DNA of 56,074 nt from Octopus bimaculoides (Eukaryota): the NCBI RefSeq assembly GCF_001194135.2, contig NC_068986.1, positions 111,982,697 to 112,038,770 of the forward strand, written 5' to 3'. Below are positions 1 through 10,125 of this stretch, piece by piece (the stretch's first letter is position 1; every line of letters begins with the position of its first letter). The translations under genes and the position numbers were made by a program. The notes below the pieces were generated by a model. That model was not told the DNA's origin and ran no database searches. It saw only the letters and a program-made list of their open reading frames with translations.

Positions 1-150
1 ATATATATATATATATATATATATACATACACACACACGCACAACCACACGTATAACACACATTTGAGGTGTATGTATGCATGTGAGTATGTATGTACAT
101 ACGTATGTACCTATGCATTTCAGCGTATGTACCTGTGTGTATGTGTGTGC
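1..150. repeat. Compound (TA)n/(CA)n/(GTAT)n microsatellite
   Basis: Directly visible short tandem repeats. Confidence 0.9.
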
Positions 151-1548
151 ACATACGCTTTTATTTTAACGCAAATGTCCCTAAGATAGAATTCATTTGA
201 TAATGTATACTGAAAAAAACAATAATATAAAAATTTGCTGATAGACAGTTTAGACTTGTTATGCATATTTAGAAGAGAAGTGTACGCCTGTCGGAAAGCG
301 GCAATGTTTGTAACGGCTTAACTGGATCTGAAAAGAACAAGGTTTGTGATATAACTGCAGGTTAATTTAATTTATTTTTACTGAACATCTTATAGAATTT
401 ACGATCCATAAAGCATTCTTATTTATAAATATTAGAAAATCCTTAAAACACGAAAACGTATTCTTAAGTTGTGTACAGAAGTGCACGATGTAATATTCTG
501 TGTTCTTTGCTATTATTACATTTAGAAATATTTGTGTTGTTCTTTATGTAATGAAATCTATCCTTGTAGCTAGTAATACTGGATATACCAGTGTAACAAC
601 GAGTAGATTAAATTATTCATTCTTGAAGTATACAAGACATATATTCGAACTGGCGCTACTAAATTTTAGGATATTTCAGGCTATGGTTAAATTTTAAATT
701 ATATTGGTGCATTGGAAGTAGTCATTGCACTTACTTTTGTAGAAGTGTTTAGCAGCGCTTATATCCCAAATTGAATATAAGAAAGTCGCTATACTTCAAT
801 ATGTAATCGTGTGTAATCTTTAATATTTGCTGTCGTTATACACTGAATACTATTAGATATTCACTTCATATTTTGATTCACTTCAGTCAAATGTTTGGTA
901 TATTCTGTGTGATACTTCTTGTACAAAAATGTCAGTTAAAACTGGTGTTGAATGAAAGGGAATTATGGCATAATTCTCGGTAGAGCACGATAATTTATAT
1001 TTTCTTTTATTCATTGGAATTTACAATTAAGAGGAAATTACTATTTGTGGGAAGAAACTGACTGCAATATATCACTGCTAAGCGATCTGGATAAGTCCAC
1101 CGATGGAATGTTATACGGTAGTGTCATTCGTTTCTGTTGTCACTAGATCTAAATTAATGAGTATTCGGTTTTCATTTTAATAGGAAAAAGTGTCTTCTGT
1201 TAAAATTGGCTGTTCTTAATAGCAAAATAAGTAATGGTACGAAATTAATTAGTGAATGAATTTGCTGTAACGTACCACCACTGGAAATCACATTGTTGTT
1301 GTGTATGAATTCTGCATTCGGTTTCGTGTTATGTAATAACGTATTTGATCTGTAGCAATCATACTCTTAAATACAAATTGACCAACAAATGCATTTACAT
1401 TTATTTCTCTTTTGTGGAAAGGAGGACAGCGCTTTGAAGGAAGGAGACGATTACAACAACACCAGTACTCTATTTTAATATGTGTCCCGAAAGTATGAAC
1501 CGCTGAGTTTGACTTAGCGGGATTAGAACTCAGAGTTTAAAGAGTTGG

Positions 1549-2125
1549 GGATCTTTTTTAAAACGGGGGCCACATTTTTCATTAACGAAACACTTTGAAA
1601 CTTGGAACACTGGTAGAATGTGTCATATAAAACATCTTTTTCTCTTAGTCTTCTTAAAAAAAAAAAATGAAATCCATAAGTTATTCCATGTTAAAGTTGT
1701 CGTATTTCTGTAATTTCAACCAATCACTGACGTCCATTCAGCCGATATACATTAAGTGCCGACTACATAAACAAACGATTCTGAAACAATTAACCCTAAC
1801 CCTAACCCTAGGGCTAGAGTTAGGGTTAGGGTTAAAGCAAATTTAAAATGAAAAAAGCAAATAAAACGGAGGTATGGAGATTAAATACGCTTTACATCGC
1901 TTAATCAGCCAAATGAGTAAATGTAAACAACTGAATACTTGTCAGTGATTGGTTGAAATTATCGAAATAAGACAATTATTTACATGAAATAAATTCGAAT
2001 ACAAAAATATTTTTCTGTTCTATAACACAAAATAGATAAGTATACGAAGTTTGAAAGTCTTTCCGTACCAAAAACACTACGTAAAACATTAATGAAAAAT
2101 GTGGCCCCCGTTTTAAAATAGATCC
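1549..2125. mobile_element. Non-autonomous DNA transposon (MITE), Merlin-like
   Basis: 37-bp TIRs (1549-1585 and 2089-2125, 36/37 identical) starting GG; perfect 8-bp TSD AGAGTTGG (1541-1548, 2126-2133); internal 20-bp perfect inverted repeat (1712-1731, 1941-1960). GG termini with 8-9 bp TSD are Merlin/IS1016 hallmarks; hAT and P elements also make 8-bp TSDs. Confidence 0.85.
1791..1834. repeat. Palindromic (CCCTAA)n-(TTAGGG)n telomere-like hairpin inside the MITE
   Basis: taaccctaaccctaac-cctagggctaga-gttagggttagggtta; the outer 16 nt are perfect reverse complements. Confidence 0.9.
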
Positions 2126-4562
2126 AGAGTTGGAAGTGCTGCTGCAAAGCATATTTTTATTCCAGCGCTGCAACGATTCAGCACGCTGGCTGCCATCAAT
2201 ATTACCGTTCGCAATAATTGTAGAATACATGATAATCTTCCTTTTTTTTTCTTCCCTGAACATGCTAGTAAATATATATTCAAAAAGCGTTTATTGTGAT
2301 TCATCATCGTATGAATAGGATTTCACGAGTGGCTCGATGAAATGATTTAGCCATTCGAAATAAATTGGAAGAGCCATAATTGAAATGAATTTCGGATAAC
2401 TAATTGGTCCTTCAGAAAGATCAGCTTTTCTAAATATTTTCTGAAATGGATGCGACATTCTGATTTCTAACGTTACCTAACATGCTGTTATATAAGCAAT
2501 ATATATATGTATGCAAACATACACAAACACCACCACCCCATATATACGTATACACCCCCCGCCAACATATATTTTTAAATATATTCTTAGGGAATAATAA
2601 GTATTCCAGCTTATCAGAACATTTACCATTTTACACTTTACTAATGCAATGTAAACAGTATCATTTATAATATTATTACAAATTTGGGATTTTACCAATA
2701 GAACCGCATCTCCTAATTCAGGATAACCTTATTGTATGGAATACACATAGAAAGTTATATCCAATAAAATAATACAAGCATTAAAAAAAAAGAACATACT
2801 ATAAAATACAATAAAAATATTTGAGAAAATAAATATAACTTACCTGTTATTTGTCTGTGGGGAAAGAAGATATTTTTAATCAGCGCTACACGTGTTTTTG
2901 GCGCTGGTGGGTGTTCATCAAGGCTATACCTAATACATGAATCCACCAGTACGTCCGCAGGCTATTTATCTTATTGTTATTTTTATTAACGGATCAAAGT
3001 TTAAAATACATAAATGTCATATTAAATAGAAAAATAAGAATATGAAAAAAAAATATATAATAACATTATATAAATTACAAGTGTATTTTTAAAAATTAAA
3101 AAATCAAGTCTAAATTACCATTTTTTAATGTGAAACTTAAGTTAAAGGTATTTAAAAAGATTGTCTAGTAAAAACCACTATATACCTTATAAATATATAA
3201 AATAAAACTCAGAAAAGAATCTAGTAAAATAAATTAACAAAGGGAGAATACTTATCGACATGATGTTTACTCGTTCTCGTTCCATTGCAAATGGCTGCTC
3301 CCTCTGTCATGCGCTCACTATTATAGGAATAACATAAATAAGATATTCTGAAAAAATTCTCTGAAGATTAATAATATTACAGAGGTTGAATTCAAAGGGA
3401 GATAATAACTAGACACTCTTAAATTCAGCTGTAACTGGATATTTTTATATAAAGTTTAAGATTTAGAGATTTATGTCTGATTAAATGTGGCTTGTCTATT
3501 TCTTTTAAGCTAATATTCTAGAAAGAATTTACTCCTACTTTATGTAGATCTCACGGTTATTTTCGCAAGATATTAAATAATTGTGTGAGTGTGAACCTCC
3601 GGTTATTACATTATGTGGTCCTTACGCAAGGCATCACAGTTAGGAATTTTTGACCGTTACTATGACGTCCAGTACCAGGGCTCTCATAATTTTCATTGGC
3701 ATTATTTGGCACCGAACCTAACAGGAACATTCCACTTTTCCTTTAGATAACCCATGTCTTACTACAAATATATTTTACAAATACACAGTATTAACCGCCA
3801 ACTCTAACTAGATATTTATCGGCTCGTGCACATTCAAAGCTGGATTGAGCAACCACTACTTAGCTTCAAGTCCCAGACAAAATCCAGCTGTACGTCTTTA
3901 TCTCAGCTTATCGATAAACTCAAGAATCTATCAATTTCTTACACTTTAAAGTGGTCCATAGTCACCCATGCTAAACTATATACCAGCTATATCAACAGGT
4001 ACGATCTCTGCCTAGCCGGAGTCTTATCTGTTTGTCGGGATGTACGTAATAGCAAAATTTTTACATGGTGACACAGATTACGTAATTAATTCTCAAAATA
4101 CAGTTAACACCCTGCTCCGCGTCATTTCCTAAATTGCCCGTTTGTCCTCATAAACGTTCTCCTTTGAATACTCTCACATGCACCAAATGTTTAACCAACA
4201 TTATATTCCATATAGATCTTATTTCTTGCTTTATATCTATTTTCATCTTTCCTTACCCTGTACACCATAAAAATTCTGGTAATTTGCCTTCCTCCACGCC
4301 AATCCCCACCCATTCGTAAACTTACATGCACGTTCGCCTACATGCACATCTACTAGTTCAAACAGTACATTCGCACGTGCTCAACAATGTGCATTCCTTA
4401 ATTAGTAGATTTTAGTCATTACTATCATTGTTTATTCGCATACCTGGTAACCGACCGTGAAATATAAAATAATTATTTCAGCTTCTCGTACTTCGATACA
4501 AAATGAATTCCAAAACCTTCCACCTCAATAAACCACCAGTGTTCCTAAAATATGTATATCTA

Positions 4563-4877
4563 CAGGGTGATTCAAAAGTCGCCATACATAGGAAACAGTT
4601 AATACGAACAGTTTTTTTTTAACAAGCTCTATATGGTTACGATTGTTTTGAATACGCATTGCAATGCATTTACCCCACTCATTGTGAACTCGTAAGAACA
4701 CATCTGGTGACACTTGTGCAAATGTGTTGGTGATGCGTTCCTTCAAATGATTTATGTCTTTTATTTTTCGCGATACACCATGCCTTTCAAATGCCCCCAA
4801 ATATAGAAATCAAAAGGGGTCAGATCAGGGGATCTTATAAAGTGTTTCCTATGTATGGAGAATTTTTAATCACCCTG
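4563..4877 (-). mobile_element. Tc1/mariner-superfamily internal-deletion derivative (315 bp)
   Basis: 34-bp TIRs CAGGGTGATT... (31/34 identical), TA on both flanks; the minus strand encodes RSPDLTPFDFYIWGHLKGMVY and, after a frameshift, KIKDINHLKERI..., a transposase C-terminus. Confidence 0.9.
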
Positions 4878-4981
4878 TATATTTTAATGTAGGGTAAAAT
4901 GAATAATGATTGTACCAGGTGTTCAGTGTGGAAATAAAAAACCTCATAGGTACATTTTACAAAATATGTTATAATTATATG

Positions 4982-5156
4982 CATAATTATAACTAGGGGT
5001 CGGCTTTACGCCTCACCATGCACTGCTAGAAATAGACGCTAAAGCTACTATTACCACCTTAAAATCTCAGCGATTTTAAGATGGTAACAAGAGCTTTAGC
5101 GTCTATTTCTAGCAGTGTGTGATGAGGCGTAAAGCCAACCCCTTGTTATAATTATG
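4982..5156. mobile_element. 175-bp foldback element (MITE-like hairpin)
   Basis: Two 85-bp arms in exact register around the loop TCAGC (5067-5071); ends CATAATTATAAC / GTTATAATTATG in TA-rich flanks. Confidence 0.75.
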
Positions 5157-5188
<32 letters not shown>

Positions 5189-5307
5189 GTATTTTCTACG
5201 GATTGCTTGCATCTAACTTTCTTCCTATACAATCTTCCTACTCATTTCTTGTATCTGACATTTATACACACAAACTCACACGCACGCACACACACACAAA
5301 CACACAC

Positions 5308-5339
<32 letters not shown>

Positions 5340-5351
5340 CCACACACACAC
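5157..5351. repeat. (TA)n and (CA)n microsatellites
   Basis: Directly visible, separated by a short unique spacer. Confidence 0.85.
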
Positions 5352-5426
5352 GATGATTTGGTAAGTGGCATCGTGTTTAACAATTCTGTAAATAATAATA
5401 AACATAAAGATTGTATGTGACAACCA

Positions 5427-5642
5427 TGAAATCGTTAGAGAAAATAGTCTAATATTGAGGCATTTGAGCCCTCAACGAGAAGAAGTAAGGTTTTCCGTAT
5501 TCGTGGGAATCGAACCTACACCTATATGGATTCTCTAAATCATAGAGGTGTTGGTTCGAGTCGCACGCGTGGGGAAAAGCCGGCTTGTTTCGATCGAGGG
5601 CGTATGTATCCTAATATTAGACCATTCTCTTTAGATATTTCA
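5427..5642. mobile_element. Degenerate palindrome of two inverted tRNA-like (B-box) SINE halves
   Basis: GGTTCGATTCCC on minus (5505-5516) and GGTTCGAGTCGC on plus (5553-5564) share an axis at about 5534.5; outer blocks (tgaaat, gtctaatatt, gccctc, ttttcc) keep the same register. Confidence 0.7.
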
Positions 5643-5810
5643 CACTGATCGCTTATGAGCTTTAAGCTTTTAATACATTATCTATATATCTATCAATAAA
5701 TATATATTTTTATTCTTTTATATATTCTTATATATATATTTCGCTTTGGGATTTGGTGCGCAAGATTCTTTATGTGAGTTCGTGTGTTGATATATATTCT
5801 GTTGTGTCTC

Positions 5811-5920
5811 GGGAGAGTCATTCTCTTTTAGCGCCTTATAATTTAACACTCACTGGTAACGTTTCGACTTGTTTCTTTTCTATTTTTCTAAAATAAGGCA
5901 CTAAAAGAGAATGACTCCCC
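5811..5920. repeat. About 28-bp inverted duplication in an unclassified repeat fragment
   Basis: gggagagtcattctcttttagcgccttat (5811-5839) versus ataaggcactaaaagagaatgactcccc (5893-5920). Confidence 0.75.
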
Positions 5921-6139
5921 CCATACACAATAGAATATATATAGATACACACACACACACGCGCGCGCACACATATATGCATACATACAATCTCAAAAAT
6001 GTGCACACACTTACATACACATACATACACCTTTAGTTTATTAAAATTAATTATTTCGGTTGCACATTTGCAATGAGGCATTCGTAAATACATGTTTTCC
6101 GCGAGTTTTATTGTATGTGCGCAAGCGTATTATTCTCTG

Positions 6140-6165
6140 TGCGTGCGTGTGTGTGTGTGTGCGTT

Positions 6166-6231
<66 letters not shown>
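6140..6231. repeat. (GT)n-(GA)n microsatellite
   Basis: Directly visible. Confidence 0.95.
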
Positions 6232-6236
<5 letters not shown>

Positions 6237-6969
6237 ACTGCGACACGGATTCAATATTTCATGGTTCCTGTTGACAATGAGGAAGTATTACTTATGTTCC
6301 CAACTCCATTAAGAATCTATGATAAACCATCCTCACGTTTAAAAGGCGATGATGTACGCGCCACAACCAAGCATCTGTCATCTTGTTATATATATCGTGA
6401 TTAGGATTAGCTGAGAGAAAAAGGTTAGGCGCCTCAAGTAATAATGAAATGTAGCATTAAAAAAAAATTCTCTCCATGATTATCAACCATCTAAATTACG
6501 TTGCTAAACTTTGTTTGTTTTACATATTTATTTAATTATATTTACACTGTTGGATGATAGTATCTCTGAGAACGGCGATCGCAAATGCTGATATCAAAGC
6601 TCAGTCGTTTATCAGCCGTAAATAGGTAGGCGTTCTATTAGTAAATATCAGTGTTAATGTCTTAATCAAGCAGCAATCATTTAATGACGTAGTCGCTGCT
6701 ATAGAAACATAACATTTCTTTCTTTTTCTTCTTTTCTTTCTCTGTGTATTTGAAAAGAAAAGAAAAATGACAAATCTAAAGCGGAGTACTAAGTCACACT
6801 CTGTCACTTTCAATCCACTGCTGGAGGGAACTCTCGTAGAAAGCAACAAAATATAAAACTTTCCGATCTGAATATTGCCGTCTTTCTATATCATACTGCA
6901 CTGATACGAGTTCAAATTCTAACTATTGCAATTTATCAATCTACCTCCACCAGCAAAAACCAATATTTC

Positions 6970-7182
6970 TTTCTAATATAGGCGCAAAGGCCTGGATGTT
7001 AAAGAGAGAAGCCAAGACGATTCCATCGATCCCATTTCTCCAATGGTAATTATCCTATATATCCTGATATGACGGTAGGCAAGGTGAACCTACGCGGAAC
7101 CTGAACTCAGAACGTAAAGCCGGACGAACAGCTACTGATTTTAGTCCGGTGTGCTATCGATGATTCTGCCAGTTAGCCGCCT
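6970..7182 (-). mobile_element. SINE family A
   Basis: Minus strand starts aggcggctaactggcagaatcatcgatagcacaccgg...ttacgttctgagttcagg, matching the family A head. Confidence 0.75.
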
Positions 7183-7218
7183 TGGCAATCATGAGTGATA
7201 AAATATCAACAATTACTA

Positions 7219-8284
7219 ATGTACGAAATCGAGGTTTATCTCGACCTAGAGGAATGTGTTAAGAATATAAAAAGATTCACAACATACATTACGAAACGGA
7301 GAGTATATGCCACTGTGGAGGTGCGCTTCACAACATAGGAGGAAGCAATAAAGCACACCACAGAGGCAATAAGGACAGAGGAATGGGTGCTCTTGCCTTC
7401 GTACTGCGGCAAGAGAGTGGATACGGTGCCACCCGAATTGAAAGAAGAATGTCTGAGGACAGCCATAGTATATAAAATGAAAGACGGAAAGATTCTAAAG
7501 GCTACAAGGACCCAGAAGGTGAACTACTGGGGGTTTGGTATCGAATTAACGATTCAGACAACAACGGAGGACTTGAATAGTGTGGTGGATGATATTGTGC
7601 TGCCAGATGTGAGGCTGAGATTTATTGTGGAGGGTAAGCCGCCAGTATGTTTCTCATGTGGAGAAAGGGGCCACATGAAGGCACGGTGCACCCAAAGAAA
7701 GCCACAAACAGAACAGGAGGAGAGACATGAGAGTGTGGACCATGTAGCACAGGACAAGGCAACAGAAAAAGAAACGGAGAATGGATTCACTATGGTTAAA
7801 AAGAAAAGAATGAGGAGCGGAAAAAGAAGAGAGAAGAGGTGAGAAAAGAAACTGTGAAGGAGGTCAGTGGGAAGGAAAAAGAAAGGAAAAAGAAAGTGGA
7901 GTTACCAGTGAAGAAAGTGTGGGAAACCCAACTGTATGAAGGTGAGATGGAGAGACTATTTATGGAGGAAGAAATGAGAGAACCAAAAGTCCAAGAGAAC
8001 AGAAAGATACGAGGAGGAGATTAAGTGTGGTATTATGTGACGTACCCCAAAATGTTGAAATAGAGAAAAAGATAATCAAGTTTCATCCAATAGCAAGAGT
8101 GGAGATGCCTTCATACGTCTACGCGGAGGATATGAATGCAATATTGATTGAAGAGGAAAACTACAGAAAGTTGAAAGAGATGTGTGGAGATAGTATTGAC
8201 CCACCAGGAGTGGAGGTGAAATTTAAACAGTTGCCACAACTGGTGGATTTGAGAGATATCGAACCACTAATGAAGTTCTACTAA
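7219..8284 (+). pseudogene. Disabled non-LTR retrotransposon ORF1 (gag-like CCHC zinc-knuckle protein)
   Basis: ATG at 7219 is in frame with track ORF 7387-7842 apart from one TAG (7336-7338); CFSCGERGHMKARC is CX2CX4HX4C; Lys/Glu-rich continuation in shifted frames (7839-8024, 8027-8284). Confidence 0.8.
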
Positions 8285-8521
8285 AGACAAAAAAAGTATG
8301 AAATTAAAGGGGGAAAAAAAGGAACGATTGTAAATAATACATATATCGGTTCAAATGGTATTGCATGGGAGTGGGGCCCATGCGTCCATTTTCATTTTTT
8401 CATGTTTATATAAATTTAATCTCATTTACATTCGTTTTATTTTTTTTTGTCCCCACTGTGGTCTTGTCTGTCTTTGTGGTGTCCCCATCTATGTTTTGGG
8501 CTTAATGCCTAATAAAGAAAT
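7219..8521 (+). mobile_element. Candidate ORF1-only (half-L1-like) non-LTR element
   Basis: ORF1 is followed by only about 230 nt of pyrimidine-rich tail ending AATAAAGAAAT (AATAAA at 8511-8516); no EN or RT sequence intervenes. Confidence 0.5.
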
Positions 8522-8704
8522 CGGTATTTCGTCTGCCGTTACGTTCTGAGTGCAAATTCCGCCGAGGTCGACTGTGCCTTTCATCCTTTCGGGGTCGATT
8601 AAATAAGTACCAGCTATGCTCTGGGTCGATTTACTCGAATTAATCTCTTTGTATGTCCTTGTTTGTCACCTGTATGTTTAGCCCCCTGTGGGCAATACAG
8701 AAAT
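8521..8704 (+). mobile_element. 5'-truncated SINE family A with tail
   Basis: cggtatttcgtctgccgttacgttctgag...gtcgactgtgcctttcatcctttcggggtcg...aagtaccag, shared with other family A copies. Confidence 0.85.
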
Positions 8705-8989
8705 ATGTATTTATATATATATATATNNNNNNNNNNNNNNNNNNNNNNNNNNNNNNNNNNNNNNNNNNNNNNNNNNNNNNNNNNNNNNNNNNNNNNNNNN
8801 NNNNNNNNNNNNNNNNNNNNNNNNNNNNNNNNNNNNNNNNNNNNNNNNNNNNNNNNATATATATATATATATACACGTGTATGTGTGTGTATACATATAT
8901 CTGTTTATGTATTCACACACGCTTACACAAACGCACATATGCATTTATGTATATGCATGTATGAATAAGTGTGTGCCTTTCACTTTGTC

Positions 8990-9075
8990 ATCCACCGCTG
9001 CTTGACAACTGCTGTCGCATGGTTTACATCTGTGCAAGTTAGCCATTTGGCAAAATGACCAATAGAATAAGTACG
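8990..9075 (+). mobile_element. SINE family C fragment
   Basis: gcttgacaac...ggtttacatc...gaccaatagaataagtac, shared with 22845-23040 and 31250-31430. Confidence 0.6.
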
Positions 9076-9159
9076 AGACAGGGGTGGAGGTGTGCGACTA
9101 AACTCTCAAAGATGGTGTCACAGTATGACCCCAGACAAATGACTGAAACAAGGAAAAGA

Positions 9160-9945
9160 TAAAAGATTTTCGAAACAAATTTTCGTACAGTAACGAAATT
9201 GTAGAATTACTTAAGTACCAGACAAAATGTGATCGGATTTTCCGCTTATTAGCCCTTATTGTAAAACTGCATTTCCCTCCCAGCCGAAAGAAGGCAGAGT
9301 GGCGATCCTTACAATGGACTCGGCTGATAAGCGGATCCGTCCTACATGTGACCACAGATGTTCGACAAACTACCACATGTCAGTAATGCACGGACAGAGG
9401 ACGAGATCATTCAGGATGGCATCAACCCCCTGCGCACACCTCAGACAGGTCCGTCTGACAACACTTCTGTGTCTGTAGAGCTAATCTTGAACAGGCAGAC
9501 CTCCCCAGTAGCACTCCCAGACCAAGGAATTCTGGCAGATGTCCGTAGGTCCTAGCCCGAATGTCCTTCAGAAAAGACCAATTAGTTGATCACTCTTGAC
9601 ACTTAGAGTTTCCCCGAGTACGTCATAGCTCTTTCCCTCCACTAATCCTCTATAGAACACCATGGTGGAACTTTCACTGACCTCATTGCCCGACTGACAG
9701 AAGGTCGTAAGCGCTTGCCGACTCGTCAGGTGCAAAGCACCCTTTTTTGGTGTGCACTTGACAAAGGACTGCAGTTTCATCATTGAAACGAGCTGCAGAA
9801 AGTCACTTGTGACGAACGGCGACCACACCTGCTTAAGAAAACACTGGAGACATCACAATCTCAGCCACAGCATGCCTAGTAAGCGTCTGACGAGCGGAAC
9901 ACGTCCATTCCATAGAAAGTTGAAGTGCCAAAATCGAGATCCCTG
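9160..9945 (-). mobile_element. L1/Tx1-clade LINE ORF2, post-RT C-terminal fragment (pseudogenised)
   Basis: Minus-strand translation gives FLWNGRVPLVRR, WSPFV, FYRGLVEG, SLVWECYWGGLPV and a degenerate zinc finger CLRCAQGVDAILNDLVLCP, with several stops. Confidence 0.8.
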
Positions 9946-9954
9946 ATTATCTAT

Positions 9955-10125
9955 AAAATGCTGAGTTTCATTTAGCTTCCGGCCATTTATGCTCTCATTT
10001 CAAAAACAGCGGAGGTCAACGTTGTCGTCCATAATTCTTGAGTCGATAAAATCAAGTACCAGTGAAGTACTGGAACTAATTTAATCTGCTATCACTCTCT
10101 TACCTTAAAATTTGTGGTGTTGTGT
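9955..10125 (+). mobile_element. Degenerate SINE family A
   Basis: gaggtcaacgttgtc...gagtcgataaaatcaagtaccagtgaagtactgg...aaaatttgtggt. Confidence 0.6.

Larger units (their letters stand above)
1424..2195 (-). mobile_element. Degenerate tRNA-derived SINE (window family A) split by the MITE at 1549-2125
   Basis: With 1549-2133 removed, the minus strand reads ggcagccagcgtgctgaatcgtt...ctctgagttctaatcccgctaagtcaaact...gagtactgg, collinear with family A copies such as 14957-15154 and 49189-49385. Confidence 0.65.

Noticed and set aside
707-745. Small hairpin with a CATTGCACTT miR-92-like seed
   Set aside because: Only about 8 bp pair and the rest of the putative mature sequence does not resemble miR-92; not a pre-miRNA-length stem.
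1791-1834. Telomere repeats as a relic of chromosome end fusion
   Set aside because: Orientation is CCCTAA then TTAGGG, the opposite of an end-to-end fusion, and the repeats lie inside a TSD-flanked MITE.
7219-9945. ORF1 (7219-8284) and ORF2 (9160-9945) as one L1 copy
   Set aside because: Opposite strands, ORF1 has its own AATAAA tail, and SINEs plus a gap lie between them.
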